From: Escherichia phage CJ20
Sequence record: MT533174.1
Length of the DNA: 64,000 nt
Strand: one strand, 5' to 3'
Made by a program: the position numbers and the translations under genes. The notes below the pieces were generated by a model. It had not been told where the DNA came from. It saw only the letters and a list, made by a program, of their open reading frames with translations, and did no database searches. Positions 51,955 to 62,766 of this stretch are shown here, piece after piece. Every line of letters starts with the position of its first letter. Within the stretch, counting starts at the first letter, position 1.

Positions 51955-53913
51955 TTATAATGTAATTGGTTCTAAATTAATAGTCGTATAATGTGGACGA
52001 AGGTCATTTTCGAATACGATAAGCGAACCGTCTTTTGTGTAGATGTTGTCCTGGTCTGGACCCGCATACAGTTCGATTGATTGCACTTCAAAACGGTCCG
52101 AAGTCAAACCAATCGCGGCAATGTCCCAGAAGATATAATCAGACCAATAATCGATTTCACCGATTACAAAGTATTGAGTCTGGTCAGCTGGTGCAACCAT
52201 CTTATTAAAGTCATTACCTGTATAAGGTTGAATATTCGCATTAAGCTGAACATCACCTGGACGGAACGGACCAATGACCATTTTACCATCGCCAGAAGAG
52301 TTGCGGTCAGTCGCTACAATACGGACGTTATATGAGGTAATGGTATCGCTTTGGTTTGTTGGAACGAATTCGAATTCGCTTGATTCCACCGACCTATTAG
52401 TATATTGATTATAATATTTAATGCCGGATTCTGGAGTCTTAAAGAAGTTCAAGACCTCGCGAACCATTGTCACCGTTGCAGACGAACCCAAAATACTATG
52501 GTCAGTATTATCCACATAAGTGAGCATTTTCGATTTAGCAAAACTGTGGTTAAACAATTCAACTTCATCAATATAATAGCGGTCAATCTGGTTAATGATT
52601 TGTGCTTGCAACCACTGTTCAGATTCCTGTAATTTATTCAGCGCATAAGACACTTTGATATTGTGTTTAAGGAACAAATAATCAGGAGAAATAACTGATG
52701 GTGTAATTGTCGATACGTTGAACTCACTAAGGTAGTTTTTGATGTCCTCACGCTGCACTGCGGTGAGATACAAGCCCGATTTAGGTTTAACTGATATAAA
52801 CGCATACCCAGGTTTATTTGCGTCCGTAAACGTCTGTACGGCTTGTACGATTGAGCCGAATCTTTCTGATACGAAGGTATCATAATCGGTCCCGGTGACA
52901 GCACGCATCTGCGCTTCACGTTTAACTACAGCCAGTTCACGGATTCGTTCAATATCTTCCGGGTCACCGCCACCATCAGCTCCAACGTAATCTTTATCGT
53001 TATTGTAGTTTTCGGTAATCTTGTCAACAGTGATATAAGTCAAGGAGTCTGCATAGCTGAAATCAACTGCACCATTTGCATCAGCCCCTGATGTGCGAAG
53101 ATATTCGATAACAATTGTCGAATCCTGCACAGGTTTCAATCCACCAATATAGTTGGCTTCCAATACGCCACCGGCAACCGATTTGGTCGATTCCCCTTCA
53201 CCAAAGAAGAATTCAGTATTACCATCAACAGTTTCACGCATATAGAAAATGGTGGATGTTGAGCCAGCATGAACCATTGATTTGTTTGTCCAGTCAGTCC
53301 ACTCGATACCGTTCACAAAAAGCTTAACTTCTTTTCGGTCAATATCCGGGTCACGAATAAGAATAGGTTGTTTCGGGTCATACAAAAGTTCGGTACGAAT
53401 AATGCGGCCTTGTGCAAGGGATACAATCGGCAGATATTGGTTGTTAATGTCTTTTACCGCGATTACATTATCCGTTGTGACAAACATATAAGGGTCAGCT
53501 GATGTATCACGAGCATAAGCCAGGAACTTAGTCCCGCGCGGGATTTCAATATTCGATGGTTGGAGAGCGTGAGAACATGTCAGCATAACCGAAGTCTTTG
53601 CGGCTGAACGTGAAGATGGAAGATAACCATTATCCTGTGCAGCTTGAACAACCGAAGACCTTAGGTTTGCAGTTCCGATAAATGATTCATAAACTGCCGT
53701 ATTAGCAAACTGCTGCATATACAATGTATTATATGCAAGCATATCAATCAGGATATTCATTCGCGAACCTACGAAATCATAATCCTTAAATTCATCCTGG
53801 CTTGATAACCAGTCAATGATGTTCTTTTTAATTTCTTCAAACGTAGCTCCCACAAATACTTTTGGGATAGCGTTAACGGTTCTTGTTAATTGGTAATTCG
53901 TAGGAGTAGCCAT
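51955..53913 (-). CDS. 6: Baseplate wedge subunit
   Basis: 652 aa; strong similarity to recalled T4 gp6 (NYQLTRTxNAIP, YESFxxTANLRSSVVQAAQDNGYLP, KSMVHAGSTSTIxYMRETxDGNTEF). Confidence 0.9.
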   Translation of the reverse strand: MATPTNYQLTRTVNAIPKVFVGATFEEIKKNIIDWLSSQDEFKDYDFVGSRMNILIDMLAYNTLYMQQFANTAVYESFIGTANLRSSVVQAAQDNGYLPSSRSAAKTSVMLTCSHALQPSNIEIPRGTKFLAYARDTSADPYMFVTTDNVIAVKDINNQYLPIVSLAQGRIIRTELLYDPKQPILIRDPDIDRKEVKLFVNGIEWTDWTNKSMVHAGSTSTIFYMRETVDGNTEFFFGEGESTKSVAGGVLEANYIGGLKPVQDSTIVIEYLRTSGADANGAVDFSYADSLTYITVDKITENYNNDKDYVGADGGGDPEDIERIRELAVVKREAQMRAVTGTDYDTFVSERFGSIVQAVQTFTDANKPGYAFISVKPKSGLYLTAVQREDIKNYLSEFNVSTITPSVISPDYLFLKHNIKVSYALNKLQESEQWLQAQIINQIDRYYIDEVELFNHSFAKSKMLTYVDNTDHSILGSSATVTMVREVLNFFKTPESGIKYYNQYTNRSVESSEFEFVPTNQSDTITSYNVRIVATDRNSSGDGKMVIGPFRPGDVQLNANIQPYTGNDFNKMVAPADQTQYFVIGEIDYWSDYIFWDIAAIGLTSDRFEVQSIELYAGPDQDNIYTKDGSLIVFENDLRPHYTTINLEPITL

Positions 53914-53914
53914 T

Positions 53915-55978
53915 TTATTTCCTAGTAGGAGATTCTAAACAAGGTATGCAAATGGAAAGGGATGGAAATGCAATCGTTAAACCGAATATTCCCAGCATCT
54001 TATTAATCCATTGTACCACCTTACTTAATGATAATGTTGATATTTGGTTATACATTGATTTGCACAAGTCTTTCATTGACCTGGAACCATCAGTAAATTC
54101 GTGATATAAAGATTTTGCTTTAGTTACTGAGTTCTCGTATATAACCATGATATCATCTACAGTAGCTCCGAGCATACCGAGAAGTTCTTCCATTTGAGTC
54201 ACAATAGGAAGCTTTTTGAATTCTTCTAAAGCCATATCTAATACATCAGAAACGGAGGTTTGACTTTCGGTAATAGAGTTCTTAATCTGATTATATTTAT
54301 TCTTTAAAAGTTCAAGTGCAGCTTCAGCTTGTGCTAATGCGGCTTCCTTCTGAGCAGTTAGCTCGTCTGTAACTTTTTCGTACATTCCTGAAAGATATTG
54401 TTTAAATTCAATAGCTTGTTTTTGTACTTCTTGCTTTTTGAGCTTAATCTCATTCCACAGATTGAGTGCCTGGGTTTTAAGAGCCTCAATCATTGCATAA
54501 GCTTCGTCTATTTTCTGGTCTACCTTTTCCATAACCATTTGATAAACATCTGATGCTGTGAATCCTGGAAAGTTACCGCTCATTATCATGTCCAGTGGTT
54601 TAACTTGCTTCATCATTTCCTTGACCGCAGTAATAACGCTCCAAACTGGGTTCGGAACTATAGGAGGCATACTCCATATTTGAGCGAGGTCTACACACAG
54701 TTTTGATAATGCAACACCAGCCATAAGCAATTGAGACCAGGCCCAGTCATACAAGTCTGTAATTGCATCAATAAGGTCACGCGAATACATCTTGACGCGT
54801 TCAACCGAATAATCGTATGCCGACCCAATGGCAGAATAAATCGATTGGATGGTTTCTTCTAAATTAAAGTTTTTCCATGCTTCTTTTAATTTCTGTACAC
54901 CATCACCTGAAGTGCAGAGGTCTTCCAGGTCAATAGTCATGCCCATAATAGTAATCGAGGGTAAAAAGCTTTTAAGTAAGTCCCACCCACCGCCAACAAT
55001 ATTCAAGACCTGTGATATGGCATCTTTAAATGCAAGAAAAGCCATTTGCTGAACATATTGACACATAGCAACAGCTGAGTTGCCTAGCTCTTCCATTGCG
55101 ACCGATAGCTTACTATAACCAGAATCGAAGAATTTTTCCCAATCGGTTCCACCAGATGATGGCCATCCAGGGAGCATATCCCAATATAATTTGAATGAAT
55201 TCCTAGATGTATTCCATGAAGCCATAATCGCATTGGTCAATCCGTTGTAAGGGAATTCCGCTGTAAAAGGAACACAGCTTATTGCCCTGGCTCGCCCGGT
55301 TATTTCTGGCGGTAAAGACCCGATGGATACCGGTCCCGGAATCGGAGTTCCTGGGATACTCATATCAACATCTAGATTTAATATCAGTCCAACATAAGTA
55401 CAAGGTTTTGTCTCATAGTACTTCAAATAAGCCCTGCGGGAGTCACCAAGGCCGTTAAAGTTGACATACATATGATAATCAGCCGTAACTGCAATCATCG
55501 TCCTGGGGTCCATTCTGGGGCCTTGTGACGTCCATACACCGCCACAGTTTTCGATGCGATACATATCATATTCAATAGATGTTTTATACAATACAGATTT
55601 TGATAAATCGGCGCCGTACCAATCATTACCGGACAAAAGAGTTGCACCAATCGATTCTACATAATTTTCTAAATCCAATTGCGTAATAAAGAATATTCCG
55701 AGTTTAGCACACCAGATACCTTGACTTGTTCCATCTTCCGGCGGGGGAGGTGCAGGAAAAGTTTCGGACTTATTACCAAATGGATTTTGTGTGTATAAAT
55801 GTGTAGCTAGTGGAATAATCTCGGTATCCCATTCAACGCCATTCCCAGGTTGAATAAAAGCACCTGTTGGGTTATATAATTCCCATTTAACCCGGCGATA
55901 TTCACCGGGTCCTACTGCGTCATCACAGGGACTTGTTACAGTCCCTACCACTTCATCAACTTTATTGTAGTAATTCAT
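53915..55978 (-). CDS. Hypothetical protein of unknown function (~687 aa) inserted between genes 5 and 6
   Basis: Long uninterrupted frame; ATG at 55978 lies 1 nt after gp5 stop (TAAtATG) and its stop lies 1 nt before gp6 ATG; track's 56002 start is GTG. Predicted: Pro/Gly/aromatic-rich N-terminal half, helical C-terminal half with heptad-like segment, C-terminal hydrophobic stretch. Confidence 0.7.
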   Translation of the reverse strand: MNYYNKVDEVVGTVTSPCDDAVGPGEYRRVKWELYNPTGAFIQPGNGVEWDTEIIPLATHLYTQNPFGNKSETFPAPPPPEDGTSQGIWCAKLGIFFITQLDLENYVESIGATLLSGNDWYGADLSKSVLYKTSIEYDMYRIENCGGVWTSQGPRMDPRTMIAVTADYHMYVNFNGLGDSRRAYLKYYETKPCTYVGLILNLDVDMSIPGTPIPGPVSIGSLPPEITGRARAISCVPFTAEFPYNGLTNAIMASWNTSRNSFKLYWDMLPGWPSSGGTDWEKFFDSGYSKLSVAMEELGNSAVAMCQYVQQMAFLAFKDAISQVLNIVGGGWDLLKSFLPSITIMGMTIDLEDLCTSGDGVQKLKEAWKNFNLEETIQSIYSAIGSAYDYSVERVKMYSRDLIDAITDLYDWAWSQLLMAGVALSKLCVDLAQIWSMPPIVPNPVWSVITAVKEMMKQVKPLDMIMSGNFPGFTASDVYQMVMEKVDQKIDEAYAMIEALKTQALNLWNEIKLKKQEVQKQAIEFKQYLSGMYEKVTDELTAQKEAALAQAEAALELLKNKYNQIKNSITESQTSVSDVLDMALEEFKKLPIVTQMEELLGMLGATVDDIMVIYENSVTKAKSLYHEFTDGSRSMKDLCKSMYNQISTLSLSKVVQWINKMLGIFGLTIAFPSLSICIPCLESPTRK

Positions 55979-55979
55979 A

Positions 55980-57767
55980 TTAACCGACCTGTACGTTGCC
56001 ACCAGATACTTTAGCTAATGAACCGCCATCCATATGCACAGTATTTGATGCGTTTAAATTAATGTTCGTCGCTGCAAAATTTAAATCTTGTTCGACATTT
56101 ACATCCATATTTTGAGCATTGATTGTGGCCTTTTGTTTAACGCTTATATCTGCATTCTGGTTGACATTAACTGTTGTATCTTTTTCAACCGTAATATATG
56201 CTTCTTGTTCAACAGTTATATCAGCAGTACCCATAATAACTATTTTAACATTTCCTTTAACAAGCAGAGTTCCATTACCTTCTACAGTTTTGGTTTCATT
56301 CCCTCTGATATGAATACTTTCGTTTCCATCGGTCTGACGACGAACGTTAGCCATATTATAATAGGTTTCATCACCACCAACGTTGACTTTATTATTACCG
56401 CCAACGTAAGTACTCGAATCGCCCTGGGTCATATAATAACCATCAGCCACTGTCTTCGAAGTCTTACGACCATCTGGCGCAACTTCCTCATAGGAACCGG
56501 TCGGATGAATCAGTCGATAACGTTCTTGACCTGGGGTGTTATCGAATTCCTGTACATGCCCGCCTTCGGTTTGCATTGTCTGCACATAAGGATATTCGCC
56601 CTTGTAACTTGATTCTGGCTCTTTAAATAGAATCCTTGTATCTTCTGGAGTCCACGGGTCGGCTGGGTCAGAATTTGTAGGGGCCACAAAGGTTTGAATC
56701 ATCCTATACGAACGCCCTTTAAATTCTATTTCTTTTGGGGCCATAATACCGTATGATTCCATATTACCTGTAAGGATAATCATTGATACCCTTGATGCAC
56801 GCCCTTTAGTTTGGTTAAACCATACTGAATTACGAGCTTCCTCAAATGCCTTTTTATAATCACCTACTAACATTGCGCTAAGCATTCCACGGAATTTAGT
56901 TAATCCGCCTAATCCCATTTGGAAAGCCATGTTTTCAAGAGCCATTTGTCTCGAACGGTTTTCTTTATTATAAACCGGACCAACAACACTGTGTTTGCCT
57001 ATATCATTTTGAACTTTTTTAAGGTCTTCTTGGAATAACTTAGAAGCCTCGTCCATTGATATTGCACCAGGGTTACCTTTAACTTCACGGCCTATTTGAT
57101 TAGATAATATTTTGTTTATCTGATTCATATCTCTAATAGGTTGTGGTGCAATTAAGTGGCCTATACCTATAGTTGGATATCCTTCGGTGTCCCAATATAC
57201 CTTCAGTCGAAGACCTTCATCACGGTGAAGCATATTTTCAATTGTGAAATTAGGGTTATCATCTGGTTTAACCTGACTCAAATCAAGACCATCAGGGTTA
57301 ATACCAAGGTCAAGGTTTGCATCCTGAATTACGTTCGAAGTTGCATCATAACCGACTTCACCGCCACGGTTAAGCGCCGCCGCATCATTACCAACATAAA
57401 GTGGGTATTGCCCTGTGGGGTCAGAGAAACCTTCGTTAGGATTTGCTTTTTGTCTTGAGGCTGAACCATACGTACCAATAACAAGACCGTTGAGCTTCCA
57501 CTTGTCTAAAAAGTGACCATATACTTGAGTACCTGGGACCATACCAGTCATGGCAGTTTGAATCCCAGAAACTGATGCAGATGATGTTGGCATCAATACA
57601 GACATCCAAGGAAGGTCTTCGGTTCTGATACCTTTAACAGGCCCTTGTGCTTTCTCATATGGATGCATACCCCATACACGAACACGAACACGACCTTGCT
57701 GAAGTGGGTCCATTCGGTCTTCGACAACCCCGACGAACCAACTTACATTATCTGACATGTTAATCAT
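55980..57767 (-). CDS. 5: Baseplate hub subunit and tail lysozyme (cell-puncturing spike)
   Basis: 595 aa; lysozyme-domain motif YWDTEGYPTIGIGHLI and repetitive C-terminal beta-helix (VNVxQxxxISV repeats) as in T4 gp5. Confidence 0.93.
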   Translation of the reverse strand: MINMSDNVSWFVGVVEDRMDPLQQGRVRVRVWGMHPYEKAQGPVKGIRTEDLPWMSVLMPTSSASVSGIQTAMTGMVPGTQVYGHFLDKWKLNGLVIGTYGSASRQKANPNEGFSDPTGQYPLYVGNDAAALNRGGEVGYDATSNVIQDANLDLGINPDGLDLSQVKPDDNPNFTIENMLHRDEGLRLKVYWDTEGYPTIGIGHLIAPQPIRDMNQINKILSNQIGREVKGNPGAISMDEASKLFQEDLKKVQNDIGKHSVVGPVYNKENRSRQMALENMAFQMGLGGLTKFRGMLSAMLVGDYKKAFEEARNSVWFNQTKGRASRVSMIILTGNMESYGIMAPKEIEFKGRSYRMIQTFVAPTNSDPADPWTPEDTRILFKEPESSYKGEYPYVQTMQTEGGHVQEFDNTPGQERYRLIHPTGSYEEVAPDGRKTSKTVADGYYMTQGDSSTYVGGNNKVNVGGDETYYNMANVRRQTDGNESIHIRGNETKTVEGNGTLLVKGNVKIVIMGTADITVEQEAYITVEKDTTVNVNQNADISVKQKATINAQNMDVNVEQDLNFAATNINLNASNTVHMDGGSLAKVSGGNVQVG

Positions 57768-58366
57768 AGAGCCTTCTCCATTTCACGGATAAGCGCAGAA
57801 ATAAATGACTCAATATCTTCTGGGTCAATTATTTTTATTTCGCGTTTGTATTCATTTTTACGAATAGCATCTTCATAGATATCCACTGCAGCCAATGGGC
57901 CTTCGTATTGTGGATATAATTTGTTCTTATCACCTTTATCGTACCAGGTGTATGGATTATCAGGATAAGAAACAAGATTCCAGAATTTTTCACCATCTTC
58001 ATTCACATGATAAAGGACCTGGTTACCACCTATATTCGAATAGCGTTGAATTGATGCCTGATACGATGATTCTTGTGAACATATCCAACCATAATAAGGG
58101 TCATAGATATTATTAAGCATAAGGAGAACCCAATAGAGTTGCGTGTTTCCATAGAGCTGGTATGCAAGTTCTTCAGGTCTCGGAGCTCCGGCGATGTAAT
58201 ATGTTTTTGGTGTATAATTAACCGCAACCTTATCAAAATAGGCACGATAGTTTCTGAAGATGTCAGTCATTGGGATGCTTAAGACATCTTCTTTCGTTAA
58301 TGATGCCGAGTTTTTTCTGATTGTTTTAGCATCATAATCAATTGGGTTAAAAAATGAAAAAAGCAT
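57764..58366 (-). CDS. 53: Baseplate wedge subunit
   Basis: Start at internal ATG 58366 (SD GGAGG) matches recalled T4 gp53 N-terminus MLFxFFxPIEYxAKT...IPMTDIFRNY. Confidence 0.85.
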   Translation of the reverse strand: MLFSFFNPIDYDAKTIRKNSASLTKEDVLSIPMTDIFRNYRAYFDKVAVNYTPKTYYIAGAPRPEELAYQLYGNTQLYWVLLMLNNIYDPYYGWICSQESSYQASIQRYSNIGGNQVLYHVNEDGEKFWNLVSYPDNPYTWYDKGDKNKLYPQYEGPLAAVDIYEDAIRKNEYKREIKIIDPEDIESFISALIREMEKAL

Positions 58367-58378
58367 AAAGCCTCCATT

Positions 58379-58386
58379 TATAAATA
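58379..58386 (+). promoter_or_regulatory. Late promoter core TATAAATA upstream of gene 4
   Basis: Octamer about 28 nt upstream of gp4 ATG, in the divergent 53/4 intergenic region. Confidence 0.5.
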
Positions 58387-58414
58387 AGTATATCAATATT
58401 TATTAGGAGGCTAT

Positions 58415-58864
58415 ATGGCATACTCCGGGAAATTTAAGCCCACCAATATAGAAAAATATAAGGGCGACTGGAAGAAAATACAATACCGGTCAAGCTGGGA
58501 GGCGTGGTTGATGAGATGGCTCGACAACCATCCGAACGTTGTTCAATGGGGCTCTGAGACTGTCATTATCCCCTACTTTAGCAATGCCGATGGTAAAAAG
58601 CGCAGATATTATATGGATTTCTGGGTTAAGTTTGATACGGGACAACAGTTCTTTTTCGAAGTTAAGCCATTAAAAGAAACAAGACCTCCAACCAAACCGG
58701 CCAATAATACCACTGCGAGTAAAAAGAGATTTATTAATGAGATGTACACCTGGAGCGTTAACTCTGACAAATGGAAAGCTGCGCAAGCTACCGCTGATAA
58801 GATGGGTATAACGTTCAGGATAATCACTGAAAACTCACTGAAAAAATTAGGATGGAAAGGATGA
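58415..58864 (+). CDS. 4: Head completion protein
   Basis: 149 aa; position divergent from gp53 as in T4; late promoter TATAAATA at 58379-58386. Confidence 0.8.
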   Translation: MAYSGKFKPTNIEKYKGDWKKIQYRSSWEAWLMRWLDNHPNVVQWGSETVIIPYFSNADGKKRRYYMDFWVKFDTGQQFFFEVKPLKETRPPTKPANNTTASKKRFINEMYTWSVNSDKWKAAQATADKMGITFRIITENSLKKLGWKG

Positions 58865-59685
58865 GTATTTTTACATTTATCAATGAATCTGCAGATAAAC
58901 CAGGTCCGAAACCCAGTAAATCCGAACAACAATGGGTTGAAATAGGGGTTGAATTTTATACAGCAAAAGAAAAGGGAATGACCTCGAAGAAGTTTGCTGA
59001 AGAGAAAGGAATCAATTATTCGACCTTTACCAAAAGCATGTCAAGATACCATTCGAGAATTCAGACTGCTTATAAAGTATCCAAGCTCAAAAAGAAACCT
59101 GCTGGTAAACTTACGAAGGCTGAACGCCAGCTGATAATGGTGAATAGTTTTAGGAAGAGCATAAGAGATAAGATTGCTAACGAAGGTGCAGCAAGCAACA
59201 CCAAATCTGCCAGATGGTTTGCTGAGACAATTAAGAAATCAGTTCGCGGTCACGTAACGGCTAAACCTCAACCAGGTAAGATTTATGCTTATATCTATGA
59301 TGCAAAGCATAAGGATACTCTTCCGTACTGGGACAAATACCCGTTAATCATTTATCTTGGGCTAGGTAAGCATAATTTGATGTATGGTTTGAACTTGCAC
59401 TATATTCCACCGAAGGCACGCCAAGAGTTCCTTGAGGAACTTCTTAAGCAATATGCTAATACTCCTACGATTACGAACAAGACTCATCTGAAGATTGATT
59501 GGTCAAAGGTGAAGGGATTTAAAGGGGCTGACCAGATGATTAAAGCATATATACCTGGCAATATAAAAGGTACTATCACTGAAATCAAGCCCAGCGACTG
59601 GGCAAACGTTGTTATGCTTCCGTTGCAAGCTTTTTACAGCAAAGGCAAAAAATTCTCTGCACAAAAAGTTTGGAGAAATTCATAA
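58861..59685 (+). CDS. 2: DNA end protector protein
   Basis: 274 aa from ATG overlapping gp4 stop (ATGA); same length as T4 gp2. Confidence 0.8.
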   Translation: MSIFTFINESADKPGPKPSKSEQQWVEIGVEFYTAKEKGMTSKKFAEEKGINYSTFTKSMSRYHSRIQTAYKVSKLKKKPAGKLTKAERQLIMVNSFRKSIRDKIANEGAASNTKSARWFAETIKKSVRGHVTAKPQPGKIYAYIYDAKHKDTLPYWDKYPLIIYLGLGKHNLMYGLNLHYIPPKARQEFLEELLKQYANTPTITNKTHLKIDWSKVKGFKGADQMIKAYIPGNIKGTITEIKPSDWANVVMLPLQAFYSKGKKFSAQKVWRNS

Positions 59686-59720
59686 TCTATTATCGGTCAG
59701 TGTTATTGGTAAGGACAAAA

Positions 59721-59759
59721 GGTCTAGAACCATTATAACACTGATTGGTTTAAAGCAAA
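59721..59759 (-). promoter_or_regulatory. Middle-promoter-like repeat on - strand (TTTGCTTTA, 12 nt, TATAAT, GGTTCTAGACC) pointing antisense into gene 2
   Basis: Reverse complement of + 59721-59759 matches the motif at 19303 and 24051. Confidence 0.4.
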
Positions 59760-59770
59760 CAAGGTGCACT

Positions 59771-60370
59771 ATGTCAGGTTTATATAATCAAACTAACACG
59801 ACTAACTTTATATTAGAGGTAAGCGATTCAAACCTCACACAGACTTTTAAACTCAACGTTCAAGACGTTACCCTCCCAGGGGTTCACATTCCTGTGACGG
59901 ATGTCCCCGGCGGAACGCAAGGTATAAATCGCTCCAGTCTTCCTGGTAGTACAATAGAATTCGACCCGCTGATTGTTAACTTTCTGTGTGACAAAGACCT
60001 AAGAGCATGGCTTGACATCTATAAATGGATGCTCTCGCTCAACAACTACATCACACACGAATCAAAAGCATGGCATCCAAAGGGTCGTCCTGAAGCGGTC
60101 ACGCTTCATATCTTAGATAACAACAAGGACAAAATTGTCATGTCAATCCATTACTATGGAGCATGGCCGTCCGACCTGTCAGAGATTCAGTATTCATATA
60201 AAGAAGATTCTGACCCGGCTATCAACGCAACAGCAACTTTTAACTTTAAGTCTTTTGCTGTAGAAATTGATGGTATAATAATAGAAGGTAGACCACAGAT
60301 TGATAGTAATGCAGCAATGCAACAGGAAATCAGGTCTAAGTCAATGCATCCATCTATGAGAAACGTATGA
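59771..60370 (+). CDS. 3: Tail completion / sheath stabiliser protein
   Basis: ORF between gp2 and gp1 (T4 order 4-2-3-1); start set to internal ATG 59771 because the track's upstream extension runs through a promoter-like repeat. Confidence 0.65.
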   Translation: MSGLYNQTNTTNFILEVSDSNLTQTFKLNVQDVTLPGVHIPVTDVPGGTQGINRSSLPGSTIEFDPLIVNFLCDKDLRAWLDIYKWMLSLNNYITHESKAWHPKGRPEAVTLHILDNNKDKIVMSIHYYGAWPSDLSEIQYSYKEDSDPAINATATFNFKSFAVEIDGIIIEGRPQIDSNAAMQQEIRSKSMHPSMRNV

Positions 60371-61043
60371 AATTAATTGCGATTGTGGGTAAAAAACGCA
60401 GTGGTAAAGATACGACTGCTGATTATGTTATTAGTCAAAACGGAACAAAGTGGCAGCTTGCAGGTCCGATTAAAGAAGCGCTTTATAAAGCGTGGATTCG
60501 TCAAGACCTGCCACACAATTTGACCCTGGAAAATTTTGATGGGCAAGGTTATGACCGTGAAAAAACCTTGATAATGAACAACACCGAAGCTTATATTCTT
60601 CTGGTTGATGCTCTTGAATGGTTAAAACAACAATATAATCTTGACCTTCCGAATCCAGATATGGTTCGTAAAATTATTGAATTTCACACACTAAATAATG
60701 TTGAGCCCTGGACGGTTAGACGTTTCATGCAGACCCTTGGAACTGACATCGTTTGTACAGAGTTCGACAGCATGTTTTGGATTAAAACTTTTGCATGCGA
60801 TTATCTTGACAACCTCTATTCTGGATATAAATATTACGTTGTCCCGGATGTTCGCCAAAAGAACGAACTTGATTCGCTTCGGGCGATGGGTGCTACAATA
60901 ATCTTTGTAGAACGCGATGAAGCAAATCATTCTACTGATACACACATTACGGAAGCTGGACTTCCACCACTAGCTAGTGACATTGTTATTAAAAACGATG
61001 GCACACTCGATGAACTTTTTGATAAAATTAATAAGGTAATATA

Positions 61044-61044
<1 letters not shown>
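60367..61044 (+). CDS. 1: Deoxynucleoside monophosphate kinase
   Basis: 225 aa; P-loop GKKRSGKDT; position upstream of 57A. Confidence 0.85.
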
Positions 61045-61728
<684 letters not shown>

Positions 61729-61729
<1 letters not shown>

Positions 61730-61768
61730 TGTACAAATGAGTGTAGGTGCAGTATTATGCTCCTACAC
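61729..61768 (+). promoter_or_regulatory. Promoter/stem-loop cassette (GTGTAC, 18 nt, TATTAT in hairpin loop) upstream of first IP-like gene
   Basis: Inverted repeat GTGTAGG (61741-61747) / CCTACAC (61762-61768). Confidence 0.45.
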
Positions 61769-61789
61769 CAACGAACAAACGGAGTTAAA

Positions 61790-62122
61790 ATGAACATAAA
61801 GACTTACAACGAGTTTTTAGCCGAATCCGCCATCAATGAGACCAAATCAATTGATGATAGTGAAGGCTCTCTGAAATTTGGTTTAACCAAAAATGCAGAT
61901 GGTGTTTTCTTTCAGATTGGTAATGAACGTTTTCAAACGTCCAAATATTCCAAAGCTGCAGTTGAAGCTGTCCTGAAATCTGGTGGCAAGTGGAAAGGCA
62001 AAGAAGGTACTAAAGAAATTGGCATCGCTGTTGACGGTGGTATGGCTTATTTTAAAATTGGCGATGAACAATTTATTATGTCTGCTCGCGGACGTAAAGA
62101 ACTGGCAAAACTTTATAAATAA
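61790..62122 (+). CDS. Internal-protein-like (IP) protein with N-terminal capsid-targeting sequence
   Basis: N-terminus MNIKTYNEFLAE resembles T4 IP capsid-targeting sequence MKTYQEFIAE; SD GGAG at 61781; start chosen inside track ORF 61757. Confidence 0.6.
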   Translation: MNIKTYNEFLAESAINETKSIDDSEGSLKFGLTKNADGVFFQIGNERFQTSKYSKAAVEAVLKSGGKWKGKEGTKEIGIAVDGGMAYFKIGDEQFIMSARGRKELAKLYK

Positions 62123-62130
62123 GGTTTCTT

Positions 62131-62403
62131 ATGAAAACTTTCAATGAATTTTTCAACGAGTCCCAACTGAATGAAGAAGTAAAAATTAGTAAAGCAGTCA
62201 AAGCTATGATTGACAATATCAATCACCTGTACAGCATTGACTTGACTGACCATATAACAATTGGTAACAAACGCAACTTTTTCGCGTTTGACATCTCTGA
62301 ACTTGACCAGAACCAAATTAATAACATTGAGCGTTTTGCCAATGACAAGGGTCTCCGCCATGAGACAGCTGGTTATAAAAAATATGCAATTTATCTAAAA
62401 TAG
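62131..62403 (+). CDS. Internal-protein-like (IP) protein with capsid-targeting sequence
   Basis: N-terminus MKTFNEFFNE. Confidence 0.6.
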   Translation: MKTFNEFFNESQLNEEVKISKAVKAMIDNINHLYSIDLTDHITIGNKRNFFAFDISELDQNQINNIERFANDKGLRHETAGYKKYAIYLK

Positions 62404-62411
62404 GATTTCAA

Positions 62412-62711
62412 ATGCAAACTTTTCATGAATTTTTGGTAGAAAACAATTACCTGGCGGAAGCAAAAACCTGGCCTCTGGGTCTTCAGAAGAAAAACACCTA
62501 TAAATGGGTTGACTTCAAAGGTAAAGGCGACGCTGAAGACTTTGACCAGCTGCGTAAAAATGGTTATACCTTCCTTGACTCTAACTATAACAAAATTACC
62601 TCTTTTAGTCAGAAGTCAAGCATTGCCTTCATTGAAACTGGTAAGAACTCTCCTAAAGATATTTCTGACGACTTCGCCGCTTATGGTGTAATTCGTGGTT
62701 CAAAAATGTAA
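62412..62711 (+). CDS. Internal-protein-like (IP) protein with capsid-targeting sequence
   Basis: N-terminus MQTFHEFLVE. Confidence 0.6.
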   Translation: MQTFHEFLVENNYLAEAKTWPLGLQKKNTYKWVDFKGKGDAEDFDQLRKNGYTFLDSNYNKITSFSQKSSIAFIETGKNSPKDISDDFAAYGVIRGSKM

Positions 62712-62749
62712 TGTACATGATGGGATAGTTGCAGTATAATTATCCCATC
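62711..62749 (+). promoter_or_regulatory. Promoter/stem-loop cassette (ATGTAC, 18 nt, TATAAT in hairpin loop)
   Basis: Inverted repeat GATGGGATA (62719-62727) / TATCCCATC (62741-62749). Confidence 0.45.
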
Positions 62750-62766
62750 AACTACTGGAGCTACTA

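Noticed and set aside
53915-56002. Search for a PAAR-type gp5.4 spike-tip gene between genes 5 and 6
   Set aside because: No small ORF and no PAAR-like repeats found; the interval is filled by the single unknown ORF, so a 5.4 homolog is either elsewhere in the genome or absent
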